A stretch of 63,742 nucleotides of DNA, counting the filler, from Phoronis australis (lineage: Eukaryota > Animalia > Phoronida): assembly GCA_002633005.1 (NCBI GenBank). It is 9 parts of 9 records of this genome, joined end to end, with 100 filler letters (N's around TTAATTAATTAA, not from the genome) between each part and the next. Parts side by side here need not be neighbours in the genome. Positions count along the whole stretch, not along the records: positions 1 to 21,675 come from NMRA01001404.1; positions 21,776 to 25,288 come from NMRA01002978.1; positions 25,389 to 33,545 come from NMRA01000084.1; 6 more parts are not named here. One strand, given 5' to 3'. This document shows positions 14,015 through 26,900 of the stretch, one piece after another. A program made the translations under genes and the position numbers. Numbering within the stretch: the first letter of the stretch is position 1; each line of letters begins with the position of its first letter. The notes under the pieces were generated by a model. That model ran no database searches, was not told the DNA's origin, and saw nothing but the letters and a program-made list of their open reading frames with translations.

Positions 14015-14386
14015 TATCGACAAACGAGATCGCTTCAATGATTCTTTCAGCTGAACCATCCTAAAATGCAAATTTAAACATGACACATTTACGCATCAAT
14101 GCTATTCGGTACACCAAGAATTAAGCACTGACTAGTATTAACGCCTGCAACGTGAATTGGTGACGGTGACGGAAACTTAACACAGTAACGACTATCATTG
14201 CACTGTGTAAAAGGCTTTCGATTTTGCATCTTAGTCATCGAAACACAAAAAATCCAGCATTGCGGCTATATTGAATCCCGTTAGTTATCACTGATTTACG
14301 TGGACACGGACCTGTGCATTATTGGCAATTTCATACAAGTGTTTCAAAAATTAAACATCTGACGTGTATTCCGTATAGTTTCATAC

Positions 14387-14650
14387 CTCCTGGTAGGTCT
14401 CCACATCTGCCACAAGCCAGCCTGCAATTCTTGTACATCCATCTGATGTTATCATGACACTCTCCGGCGACAGCCCATGCGTAGCATTCAGCTTCGTTTT
14501 TGTGTTCGTTGACGCACGTTTTGTCCACGATATCACAGGCTTTGCAACTTTTCCTGCAGTGTGCCAACATCCAAGCTCTTTCCAAACGGCAATAGCCAAA
14601 GTTTGCAAACATGTCACAATCTTTGGAACTCCACAGATTCTCACAAATAC
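14387..14650 (-). CDS. Exon of a multi-ShKT domain protein (2 ShKT domains)
   Basis: ICENLWSSKDCDMFANFGYCRLERAWMLAHCRKSCKAC and TCVNEHKNEAECYAWAVAGECHDNIRWMYKNCRLACGRC. cag acceptor, gtatga donor, phase 1-1. Confidence 0.9.
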
Positions 14651-15735
14651 CTGCTGAAAAAGGAATTAAAGAATTGGTGGCACTGTTGTTGTTTGAGCAT
14701 CACTCATAACACCATTTCTACAAGTTTCAACAAAGCCGTTGGAAGGAAATTAGTGCGGGTGCGCCAGAACTGCCACACGTGCAAATCGATGCAACCACAA
14801 TTAAAGAATTTGATCACTTTCTGCATTCCCTTTGAACGTACTGTCATATAACACATAAAAATGACAAACCGCCACAATTTTTTCTGAACAAATTGAGATA
14901 TTCTTTACATTAGAGAAACACCTCGTTAACCGAGACGAGGTTTTACACGGATTTGCCTTGGCAAAAGCTAAAGACTACCATTTTAGCGCTCCTGTGTAAA
15001 TCCGCAGAAGCGCAAAGAGACGACGCAATTTGTCAATAAAAAACGTATTGCTAATGCTACGAGAGCGTAAATATATAGTGTACATGTACCACACCCTTGA
15101 CAGTCCAAGGGCCCGTATCAAGAAAAATTACTAAGGTTTTGTAAGACCTAAAAGTCATGTCCAATGTGGGTAAACCGCGGTACGTTATATCTTAAAAACG
15201 GTTTAATCGGATTCATGCGAAATTTTTAGATACATGTACCATGCTTTGCGCTATGTTCTCCAAAAGGTTGATTGACAATGGTTTTAAAATAACCCATTTA
15301 ATATGAGCGGCTATCAAAACGGATTTCCGATAAGTTTTGCTGAACAGGGATGTGGCCTCGAGATCCAATGCATTACAGATCAACATAACGTCAAAAACCA
15401 TATTTTAAAGACTTTCAAGAAGTCAAAAATAAATTCACAACTTTGTGCTTTCAGAACACCCATACTTTAAATGGTTAAAATCTTTAAGTTGTTTAGATAT
15501 TGGACTAAATACGCACACTCGACGAGAGGTCATCCTTACAAATTTCAGAAAAAATTGCCAATGAATATTTTTCTTAACCTTGCCTGAATTTGGTCTATCT
15601 CAAGACCGGTGTAATGGGGCTATTTGACGTGGTGTCGCTGCTGTACTATTGGTGATTGAATTGCGCGTGCGTCGCTGTCTGTATGTAAACAGCTGGTAAA
15701 AAGACGGAATTGTTATCAAAATACATCGTCGTGAT

Positions 15736-16660
15736 AAGCCTTATTATTGCTTATTTCCCCGATTGCAAATCTTCGACAGGTGGTCCCAAATTCCCAAAAG
15801 ACCTAAGGTTACTGGAAGGGCGGAGAATTACGGTCAAAAGGGTCCATCAAGTCACAAGAAGTTCGTGGATGACAAAGCCTCACGCCCCGTGTGTTTGCTC
15901 TATGCATTTCCATTGAGAAACTACATAATCACGTTTCTTGGTAAGTTTTTAGCAATTAAGTTTCTATCGACATGCCCACCAGTTACCCCACTGAATAAGG
16001 GGTTTATTCAGTGGAACTAAGTGTTTCTCTTCAGAAACTCACTCGGGACCCAGATGGTAGGCTAGCAGCACATACATGTATTCACATAATTATTGTCCCG
16101 GGAGGGAGTGCTCCCAATATGAGAGGTGTATGGGACGTGCCGCCCAGAAGTCAATGGTGACTTTTTCACAGCATTTACTTTTCAAAGCTATGCTATGTAC
16201 AATAAAATTCTCTAGATTAGTGAGTTTCCTTACTTTATAGCGGACCCCACCCCAGGACTACCAGATTAGTAACCAAATTAACATAAATGAGCTAGTCAGT
16301 AACTTCGTAACATTGCGTTGGAATAAATATTGTCACCTAGAATGAACTTTATTTGTTGAGATCAGAAACACATTTTAGGCGTCATGAAAAATGCACATTA
16401 TTAAATCACTTGTTGTTTGTTTCACATAGTTTAATTCAGATCTTAAACAAGGCTTGGATACAAATATTATTAGTTTCTACATATAAATATGAAGATGGAA
16501 TCTCAAGTATGTTCTGCATTACAAAAGTAGTTTTGTCTTGTATTTTCTTTTATAATTTCCTAATATTTCTCTGTTACAGGTGAGAGAAAACGACCGAAAC
16601 CAGCCGCCTCACCGTCATTTTTCCTTTCGACAAAGTGAAACAGCAGTCCTTCAGCAATAA
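15736..16660 (+). pseudogene. Decayed two-exon THAP-domain gene (exons about 15736-15940 and 16580-16660)
   Basis: With frameshifts it reads PYYCL/FPDCKSSTGGPKFPKDLRLL..VKRV..W..PHAPCVCSMHF/NYIITFL|GERKRPKPAASPSFF. This gives the THAP C2CH residues, FPKD, and an AVPTIF-like box. GTAAGT donor at 15941, TTACAG acceptor ending 16579. Confidence 0.6.
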
Positions 16661-18051
16661 CCTAAGGGAATTTAACATCTCAGTTAAGAAAGTCAGCCAT
16701 TGAAGTCGCTGATTATGGACTCATTTACATTGTGAAAATTACAATTATTTTTAACAAATAATGTTTTTCCGTTGTACATATACATGTACGGTTGTTCAAT
16801 ACAATGATTATTCTCGAATCTTGTTCATGGCAGATTCTTATCCAGTTAGTTACAAACGAAACTATACTTTGCTTGCATGTGGAACTTTTGTTATAGACAA
16901 GTTGACACAAAACTTAAAACTCTTCAAAACCTTCTTAAGAAAGATCTAAAATAGTTTCACACATAATTAAATCAAAGACAATCGATGCAGTCCCTGAATG
17001 TCATTTCCGCATAATGCGTACCAAGTTGAAAAATTATTACCATTAGTATAAAGCCTTTCTTCTGAAAGGAAAAGTTAATGTCACTCAGAAAGAAAGAACA
17101 GGTATTTATACCAGATGCTTTTGGTTTTCCTTTCAATGAGATCGAGTTTTAATGGTGCAAGTAAAAAGTGTTTTGTATCTTACTTTGTCAAATAAAGTAG
17201 ACTCTCTGTGAACTACGCAGTGAAACGAACAGAATTGAACTGAACACTGAACTGATTTACTCTACATATCACAACAATATATATACACACAACTACATAA
17301 CAACATATGATGCGCTACCTATGGCACACTTCCTGTACTAGGAATCGCATGACATAATACCAATTAAACTACTAAACTTATAAACAATAACAACCTATGA
17401 CAAACATCCTGTTATTGTGTGACTAAGCTGTTCACAGCTACACATTTAGTCAAGTCAGGGTTATGTAATCACATGTGGCTTGCTGCCTAGTCTAATGGGG
17501 CGACATCTGTTGGACAAACTTTTACTATAACACACCCAAATTGGTTCAAAGGCCTTTGCACTTAAGACAGAGACAACTTGACACTGCAGACATAATTAAA
17601 TTATAGCCAAAGCATGCAATAACATTCCTGGCTGGTCCAGTCTAAAATATATGGGGGGTTGCATCAAAAAAAATACGCCATTCGAAACGTAATTTTTTCA
17701 TAAACAAAGGTTTTTCTAGATAATCTGCTAGCATACAACAAAATTATCATCTTTTTCCAGCTGGTTTAAATAAAAATCACGTAGTTGGCATAGGTCAAAT
17801 TAGTATGGTAGAGCCTGCGTTCCCCCTACATTTCAAGTTCAACTCTCCTGAAATCCAGTCAATGAAACAAGTGATGGGAGTCACATTGTCTTTATTTACA
17901 GTCCAAACAGACCAACAGCAAATGAAATTTACATTACAGTATTAGACAGTAACAAAATGTATATTAGGACGTATTTCTAGCTCAAACAAATAGGATATGC
18001 GTACAATAACTGAGGTCAGAGCAAGAGGGTAAGTCCAGTTGACCATAATTG

Positions 18052-21000
18052 TTATCGGCTGTAATTTGTTCTGAGCTCAGGTGAATTCTTTGTCCAGTGC
18101 TTTTTCATCACTGAAGTTAACTGCAGTAATGGGTTCCTAATTCTCGCACATGTTATTTTAAATGTATTGAATGTTTTATGTATGGATTCCCCACCTTGCT
18201 GTCCAAGCAGTCCTAACCCAAATCTGGTTTCTCTCAAAAATGGTATGACATGATCCTCCACTAGGTGCTGCTTAACTAAAATGTGAGAATCAGGGAATGC
18301 ATATCTATAATAATTCAAATATTTTCGGATACACGAGTGAGCATTGTCTATTTCTTCATTCGACGTGTAATTACTATGTGACAGCCTTTTATGAACACTA
18401 GAATACAGTCTGGTCAGTTTGGAAAATTTAGTACTGATTGCCACTGCTTTGTTTATTATGCGCCTGTTTGTTGTCAGAGCCTGTGTTTTGTTCACAATTG
18501 AGTTGAATAGCACTGAGTATACACATTCAGTTATGTACGTGCTGCAGTGATTGCCAATGAACGATTTACCGTGATAGGCTTGTCTATCTATTCCAAGTTG
18601 CTTTAATGCAACATCAAGGTGTTTAGTCACATGACCTTCTCCAAAGGATAAATTTACATTTGGATATTCCCCTTCTAAATGTGCTTTAAGTTCAGGTAGT
18701 CTCCACTGAATATGCTGTTTTCTAGAGATATTTCTGGCTAACTGTGCTATAGAGAATACCTCCTCTCCAACCTCTAATTCCTCGAATTCACCCTCCAAGT
18801 TACTAATTTCTCTCCTTAAGTATAATATTTTTTTAGGCGTTCGGCATGCAAGTTATATAATGTGCCATCTGTTTCTTTCCCCTTTTTAGCCATACCCCAT
18901 GCTACCTCCTCATCAATTTCATGGCATTCAATTTCAAGCAAATCACCATGCTTTTTGATCACTCCTAACATGATGTGTAAATAAGGAATACAATACATGT
19001 GTAGAGGTATTTCAAAAATCGGTTCATACACTACATTATGGTATCGACTTTGCTTTGATTTATCACCCCCGGACTCTTCCAAAAAACATTCGTAATCACG
19101 TTTCAGTTGCGCAATTGTTCGACTAGGACCGTTACCTCTCTTTCGCAATTTAAATTGTAAACTGTGCCGATCAGTCAAGCAAAGGAAACAAGGGTATGTT
19201 CCACTGGCACCTGCAATTCCATTAACTTTTGACATGTAATCATAGTCCCCAAATCCATAAACAACAACCTGTTTGTTTTTCCAAGTGAGCTTAGACCATT
19301 CTTCAATTTGATTTTTATATTGACCCAAAGCTAAAATTAAATTGGTGTAAGAGTCCCGAGCTTCAAAACAAGCAAAGACTATGGGGTTTTCTATCGAATT
19401 AGGATTTTTAGTGTTACAGATTTGAAAGCTAAGCTTAAAACTGCCTCCACCTTTGTCACCTCCTATTTTAATGCAAATTTCATTCTGTGGCATGCCATCT
19501 TTCCAATATAAAAGGCCGTGATCATCATATTTATTTAAATAGATCCCTACCAGCTCATGTAAATCTGTGCAATACACAAATGGTGCTGATTTTATAATCA
19601 TGCCAATTACACTGTTGGGATTTTCGATGTCAGGAAACTCAAAATTTCTGTTTTTACATGTTATATTCCCCATTACCCCGCTAAGGATTTTATCTCTCTC
19701 CTCTCTTACACCTTTTTCTGCAACTTCCGCAATACCAATTGTTTTCAGCATCTCCTTGATTTTTCTCTTTTGGCTCCAAATAATGTGTTTGTATAGCAAG
19801 TCCAAGTCATGCAGAATTTTTATGTGACTGCACACTTATGCCGGCTTTCTCACAAATAGCCGTTTGCGTTTTCTTCGACAACACTTTCATCTCTGAAGCC
19901 TTTTGTGTGGATGTGTCGTTGTCTCCTGTCATTAGTTGGCGAACAGAATCAATCTCACGTGCCCGTTTCTTCTTTAGAGGAGAGGGACCAAGTGAAGATC
20001 GTTTTCTCGGTTTGGTGACTTTAGTGAAATAAATAGGCTGCAAGTGAGATAGCTGGCATTTAATTTCACCACGACATGTGATTTGTCAATTTAAACAGGT
20101 TTGCTGCAATCTTGAACAGGTAATGGAAGCATAATGCTGAAGTCTACTTACAGTAGATTAATTCAAATATAGTTAAATAACGAAAACAATTAAAAACATA
20201 GCATTACGGAACATATTTACATACCTGTCCTTTGCTTTCGACTTTCAACACATTGTCATCACTGGTTTGTCATTTCCGTTTGGCAAACTTGGAAAACATA
20301 AGTTCTTCTTGCTCTTCAAGCGGCGTGTCGTCACTTTTTGAAAGAAGATCTCCCACATTCACAAACTGTGTAGTGGCACAGTCCTGACTATCAGTTCCCT
20401 GTTCTGAGGCAGTCAAATTCCGGGCCCCAGAGAAGTTGGGTTGTGCTACTGTTTGGAATTGGTCATTTGATGACCCAGGGATGGCGCAAACATGAATGTT
20501 AGCATGCTGATATTCACTTTCATCAAAACATTTTGTACACTTTAACTGCAATTTATCCAGCATATTTCTAAAACTTAAACTAACTGCACTCACATTTTCA
20601 TAACGTATGTCTGCATGGCATAGAGGACAGGGAATTACAGGTGAAGCCATGTTGCAGAAAGCCTTAGTCAAACATTCGGAACAAAACACATGTCCACAAC
20701 CTGACAACACGGATTGTTTTGAATAAATTCTCTGGCATATTGTGCACATAAAATTGGACTTTTCAATTTCGGAGTACTTTTCACTTATGACGAAATTAGT
20801 TATTTTAGTATTATCCGCAGAAGAGAAAAGGCTCTGGAATATGTTGACATTTTTCTCAAAGGGTAGCTCAGACGTTTTCAAATGTTCTGCTCTATTTTTC
20901 AATGGGCGTTCACCCTTCCTTGAATTTTGTACAAGCTGACATAACTCGCAAATTTGACAATTGCTTGTTTGCTTGATTTTTTCCCCACAGTTTGTCATTA

Positions 21001-21296
21001 CATTGTGCAAAATTCCGTTGTTTTTCTGAAGTAACTTCCGAAACTGGTCTCCGTTTAGCACTTGCAATTGAATGATAACAATTAGAACAAAAGTATTGTG
21101 AATGCGTATTAGGGTCATCAGATTGAACATCTATTCCAAAATGAAAAGCAATAGGGTCAATGTATTTACTGCATGAAAAAAATCTGTGTTTACCTTTTGA
21201 GAAACATAACTTACTGACAGATACGGCAGAGGTAAGAAATGCTTTGTTTGTGAAAATCGTCATGCATGTCTGACATTTTTTATACAAAATAATCAT
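18052..21296 (-). pseudogene. RAG1-like (Chapaev/Transib-related) DDE transposase with CND, RING and ZFA; one intron (20038-20224), several frameshifts and stops
   Basis: CND-like CQTC...IAFHFGIDVQSDDPNTHSQYFCSNCY; C3HC4 RING CTICQRI..SGCGHVFCSECL..CPLC; ZFA LDKLQLKCTKC..H..H. Core motifs IKIGGDKGG (D), FGDYDY..GIAGASGTYPCFLC (D + CxxC), PYLHIMLG, KQHLVEDH (HxxxxH) and GQQGGESIH (E). Confidence 0.88.
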
Positions 21297-21343
21297 GTTA
21301 CAGTCCTTTTAATTTCCTTAATAGGACTGTAACATGATTATTT
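21287..21343. repeat. Perfect 21-bp inverted repeat with a 15-nt loop at the 5' end of the RAG1-like ORF
   Basis: AAATAATCATGTTACAGTCCT (21287-21307) / AGGACTGTAACATGATTATTT (21323-21343). Confidence 0.9.
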
Positions 21344-21675
21344 GGTTAAAAGTAAAATGCTGGCAACTATAACACCAACATCAGGCAAAAGTAGTCCTGA
21401 AAGTCATGATGAAAGATACGATTCAGTAACAACTAATGCCCCCAATCGCACAAAATTTCAGTGCGAACAGGTTTAAATTTCAGAAAATTCTGACATCCCA
21501 ACATGACAAAAATTACACCATCACATGAAATCAACAATACCAATTTGATAACTGTAAATCATTTTTCAAAATAAACTTCCAAAAGTGTTAAATTAGTTAT
21601 CTAATTAACCTCACTTGCTGAACCTCCAGACTGACCACCTTCCACAAAATCTTTCTGGGAACTGATTTACTGCGC

Positions 21676-21775
21676 NNNNNNNNNNNNNNNNNNNNNNNNN
21701 NNNNNNNNNNNNNNNNNNNTTAATTAATTAANNNNNNNNNNNNNNNNNNNNNNNNNNNNNNNNNNNNNNNNNNNN
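21676..21775. other. Artificial contig-joining spacer (also 25289-25388, 33546-33645, 42752-42851, 45649-45748, 51203-51302, 55974-56073, 60623-60722)
   Basis: Identical 100-nt N44-TTAATTAATTAA-N44 block with stops in all six frames, repeated eight times. Confidence 0.97.
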
Positions 21776-23844
21776 TAGTGGTCGTATATGGTGGACCCTG
21801 CTTTAGAGAACCAGAGAATCACTGAATGAGAGGGCCGTTGTGTAGTGGGTGAAACTGGTTCACTAAGTTAATGCCCACAAGTTCACAAGCACAGGCACTC
21901 TCATCAGCTGTTTGAGGTAAATGGCTAGTAATAGTAGTAAAAGTAAAAAGGCCGAAAGGTGCCAGTGATCAGAAAACCAGTTTATCAAGTGTTCTTGGAA
22001 TATATTTTCGAATAAAATACTGGCTCCAGCCAATACTGAAATAAATTGTTTTGTGTAAGATAGATAAAAAGTTTTGTGTAGTCGGGATACCCATCGTCGT
22101 CAGGCTTCAGTGGTCGTCCGCCATCTTCTTTCGCGTGCTTCGCGTGCAGCGCAGCCACGTGGGACTTAGCGTTCCAATCTAGAGTGCTCGTCTGCACGTT
22201 AGGTACTAACCTCTCGGGAGAAACACGCATGGAAGAACTGAGATGATAATCGGTGCATTTACCGACTGTTTTTGAGACCACTTAAAAAACTTGTAGATTT
22301 TACTAATGCACATTTTTGTTCATTTTCAGCGGATGTTACCGAAATTAAATTTTCTTCAGACAGAACAAAAACCAGCTCAGATATTGTTTATGCAATGCTA
22401 GGCCAGAGGAAAAACGCAGCAGACAAATGCAACACGCTGGATGCTTAACAGTTTCGGCTCACATATTCGTCATCAAAATATTGTACACTTGTTTTTTACT
22501 GCAAAACACAGTACTGAGCTCAACATTTATGTTGAATTTTTTGGTTCAAGCATTTTGCATTTATTTGAAGAAAATTAAAATACTTGAATTGATAGAGAGT
22601 GGTCACCAATAAAGTAAAACATTGACTTTATTTCACTATATTGCATTGTTACATACAACACAGCATGACATAATTAAAAATAAAAGAAGAGATTGAGCAA
22701 TACAATGCAAATACAACTTGGGTATTTATTTATTTATTTATGATTGCAGAAGTCTGTTGAAGGTGAGAAAAAAACAAACAATATGATATTGGGTAATTTA
22801 TTAGAACAACTGCATCGAGTGTCTATGATCAACTTCCGCCGACCAAGTCTCAAAGGGTTGCAGTTCTGTTTTGGCTGACAAGATGTTAACAGAGAATGAA
22901 TAAAAACCGAAAAGAAAAAGAAAAACAACATTGATAAGTGGTATTAAGAACAACAAGAGCAAAATGTCAAATAAAGAAGTCACAAATAGAAAATAAGTAA
23001 GGTCTATCTGTAATAAAACAATCACGATTTATTTTCCAGAACTGAAATTCTGAATCAATTTTAATCGATTTAAAAATCAATGTCATACCAGTAAAATTGT
23101 TTGTGGTTGAACTAGAATTCTTGTAAACCACTTTCCACTATTTTCTTGGCCTTTTTCTGTGTGGTTTTCTGCTCTTTCAAAAGGCGGCAGCATATGACGA
23201 CCATAGGTGTCATTATAAAATGGCTTCCGAAAAACAATTGCTCAGTTCAAGCACCTCGGAATAAATAAAAGAAAACTTTTGAATCAACAAATACTATATA
23301 TCTGTGAGAGTTAAATCAAATCCTTTGAAGTGGAATAATTGGGTGAGTACGACAACAAGCCGGTTTCATGCTTAGCCGGACGACCACTGGGTACCCGAGT
23401 ATACAATAATTCTTCAAATTGTGTGAACTTTCTTTGGTGACATACTTTAGTTATACTGTTATAACTGTATCCTTTCTGGTACAAAACTTGACACGGGTTA
23501 AAAATGCACACTTGAAAAAAAACTATTGATGGGATGTTCAGCACTCGTATTTGCAGGTTTGCACTCAAAAAAAGTGATGGCCAAAAAGTCAGTTTCCTAC
23601 TCGTATTTAACATCTACTGTACTCGTATTTCCGAGCATGTGCTTGCTTAAGTCCAGCCCTGCAGTTAATGCTCACTTTCGGGTAACAGCACTCGGCTGAG
23701 TTTTCATCATAACAATTGAATACCTATGTTTTGTTGCTCTCAGCATGGCACTTGTGTTTCTCAATTCTCAAAGTTTAAATTACCTGCATTGACCCAACTG
23801 GATGTAGAAGATAACTTATTCACTGGCTGTGGCTTGTTGTAGAG

Positions 23845-23993
23845 ATGGCCGTGCGAGACGAAGACAGAATTGACTTTGACAAGTTAGAGCAAGAGCTCAA
23901 CAATGCAGTTGAGGAGGATAAGAAATATTGGCAAAAGAACGACGCCAAGTTCAGGGCTGTCGAACAGAGGGTGGCCACCTATGAGGAATTCAG
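23845..23993 (+). CDS. CCDC103: Coiled-coil domain-containing protein 103 (dynein attachment factor), first coding exon
   Basis: MAVRDEDRIDFDKLEQELNNAVEEDKKYWQKNDAKFRAVEQRVATYEEFR matches the dynein-attachment N-terminal motif (N.AK.RAVEQRVA.YEEFR). GT donor at 23994. Confidence 0.88.
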
Positions 23994-26900
23994 GTTTGTA
24001 TGCGTGTCTGTCGTAGGTGGTCCAGTGTTTTCGAGAGTTCAACCACTGTAGTGCCCTAAGGATTTTTTTAGTTGCCCATAAAATACAATTGAATTGCGCT
24101 GTCACAAATCTTCCTGGGCTTTGCTAAACAGTTGGTTCTTTTGTTTTTCTTGTCAGATTTTCAATTAACTACACTCCTACAAAATCAACCAGTAACGCGT
24201 TGTCTTGTGATGCGTGGAATGGAACTTTATAGGCGAGCGAACATTGTACATTGACTCGACACATTTGTAGTGTATCTTCACTACACTGACTTGGGGCTAC
24301 AGCGGGACATTTTTTGGCAATTATGTGTCTGCCATGACAGTTGTAATGTGTACAGCATGTACCTATATGCATATGCAGATGTTTTGCTCTTGTAACTAAA
24401 CTATTTCCGTGCCACAACCAGGTGTCCGTGGGCCTGGTATTCAGACACCTGCCTGCTAGATCACGTTATGCAGCAGGGCCACCTGCTTTCTTTTTTATAT
24501 TTCTATTTAGTCATACTCCTGTTGCATTTTAGTAAGACTGCTTCAGGTTGGGTATTGCTTAACTGAACTGTCCTTTACTTCTGGTGAAGACCCATAAATG
24601 TGGAAAACTTTGAATAAATCAGTCTGCAGCGCTGCCGGAATCATTCTTGACCTCTTAAAGCAAATCAGTGAACTCCACCCGATCTGTGATGGCATCGTGT
24701 GCAATTAGGTATGGTAACTCTTGGTATTAAAAAAAGGTTTTACCCAAAAATATGAACCAAAACTGCCATGGTTTTTCAAAGTTGGTGATCCATTGAAAAA
24801 GAAAAAGTATTTGATAACACAAACAATTTCTTCACATTTTGTGGTATTTGAACGGACTTTGAGGTGTTTTCATCATGGTTTGATGAAGCAGGAGTTTCCT
24901 AAATGTTGATTGGCTAACACTGCTGATGACATATTTATGTGTCATTCATGTGTATTGCTCACTGGTTTTACATTTTAACTTCAAATTCTTGCTATGTGAT
25001 CACATTTTTCACTCAGACACAGAACTCACTTGACAAGGGTAGCCCTAATAAGATGCTGGTGTTCGATTTGTTAATCAATTAATGATAAAAATGAGGAAAT
25101 TGAAACAAATGAGTGCTGAAGCATGTTCCAATAAGCGCATATCACTGTTTGAAATCAAACAGGAAGCTGAAACGTAAATACATTATCTCAGACACTGCGT
25201 GCTCGTAATGTGGCCGTCCATAGTAAAGGTACCCCATCTAGTGGACGGACGAGCTCACACTCCGAGCGGAATGATGTGTGGTTGGAAGNNNNNNNNNNNN
25301 NNNNNNNNNNNNNNNNNNNNNNNNNNNNNNNNTTAATTAATTAANNNNNNNNNNNNNNNNNNNNNNNNNNNNNNNNNNNNNNNNNNNNAATATTTTGATG
25401 CAATGGTAGACTGAACACTGGTTCGAGTTCATCACTTTATTAATCTTGACTGTATGCTCATATTAAGTCCATTCAAACAAAACGTACAACGTAATGTCTG
25501 TTCTATGCTCAGCCAGTGCGACAAAGTCTTGACTTTCAGTACCTCCTACAATTGCTGGTGCAATAACATGCTACTTTTGACAGTTCTTTGTTCTCTAGCC
25601 AAAGGTGAAGTGTTAGACAAGTTCTGTGCAATTGAAACTGTGCAACAGCTGATGTTGTAGCCAATGAATAATGTTATGAACTATGAAAGTACCTAGATGT
25701 TCTATTATTTTCTCCTTTGGAATGATAATTAGATGCTCCATGGACAGTAGAAATAAAATTATTTTCAATTAATGTTGCTGCAATTTCTGATGTTTTTAGT
25801 GGGACAAATTTGCTGGAAGTGCAATTTATCATTCCGTTTGTCCAAAGGTGTGTAGATTGATTTTGTCTTTTTATTTCTAAACACAGCTATGTTGCTCAAG
25901 TGGAATGACCTCTTATTTCGTGCATTAAGTAACTTTGTATCCTTCCATGAGTCCACACATCATTGATGTTTCATTGTAGTCAGATGTAAAAGTGGAGGCC
26001 AGCTCAATAAGACAGAAGTTGATTGCAAATCACAGATTTGTGCAAATCCCTAAATTGCTAAGTGCTAGTAGTTATAGTCAGTGAAAATGTGTAACATAAT
26101 TTGAAAAAAAGCAAAATTATTTGGATCATGATGATGCTCGATAAAATAAAACTTTTTGAATGCTGTTGTGACTGAATGTTCATTATGATGCATATTGCAA
26201 ACTATTACTGGGTGAACAATTAGGTCAATATATTTACCACCAGTCCTTGGAACATATGTGTCTGTGACTTATCATCATCACATCTTTCCATGTAATGACA
26301 ATGTAAATTATCAGATGACTGGAGTTAACAGCTTTTGAGATATTAGGAGATAAACTGTGTTTTAGGTTCAAAAAGATACCAAAATTTAGCATTAGAAAGT
26401 TGATCTTCCCAATTTTAAGGTTTTATTTAAAAATTCGCTGTGAAGCACCTTGTAAGTGGTTAGAATTACTGTAAATAACAGTGTGATTACTAAGGCATAA
26501 TTTTAATATAATTACTAAATTGGTCAAGTCATTGCACTTGGCCATTTGAACCCTAAAATGCATTGACTACATGTACTTTGGGCCAACTGGGTGCATTTGG
26601 CCCCAGAATTCAAGAAAACCCTGGGCCAGAATTTTTGGGGGATTTTTTGATCGGTAAACAAGAAAGTTCAATGAAGGTTTTCAGTGAAATTCACATTACA
26701 TTTTCTTCCACCACTAACAGCTGAGGATTTAGCTAACTGCACTTGCACTACTCGGCCACTTACTAAACGGTGAATACGCCAGTGGCGGATCTAGGATACC
26801 ACAAGGGGGGCCCAACATGACACCTCGGAGAAATGGGTAAAGCTCGATTGTATGCTTAGGTGGCTCGAATGTTGTGGGGGTTGGCGATACGGACCTGGTG

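Noticed and set aside
15000-18050. RAG2-like gene or RSS heptamer/nonamer downstream of the RAG1-like ORF
   Set aside because: No kelch or PHD coding remnant and no CACAGTG-type terminus could be recognised by eye. The opposite end of the element is lost at the contig break.
21985-22281. 98-aa minus-strand ORF
   Set aside because: No recognisable domain. The AAGATGGCGG-containing CpG-rich stretch looks more like a promoter or 5' UTR.
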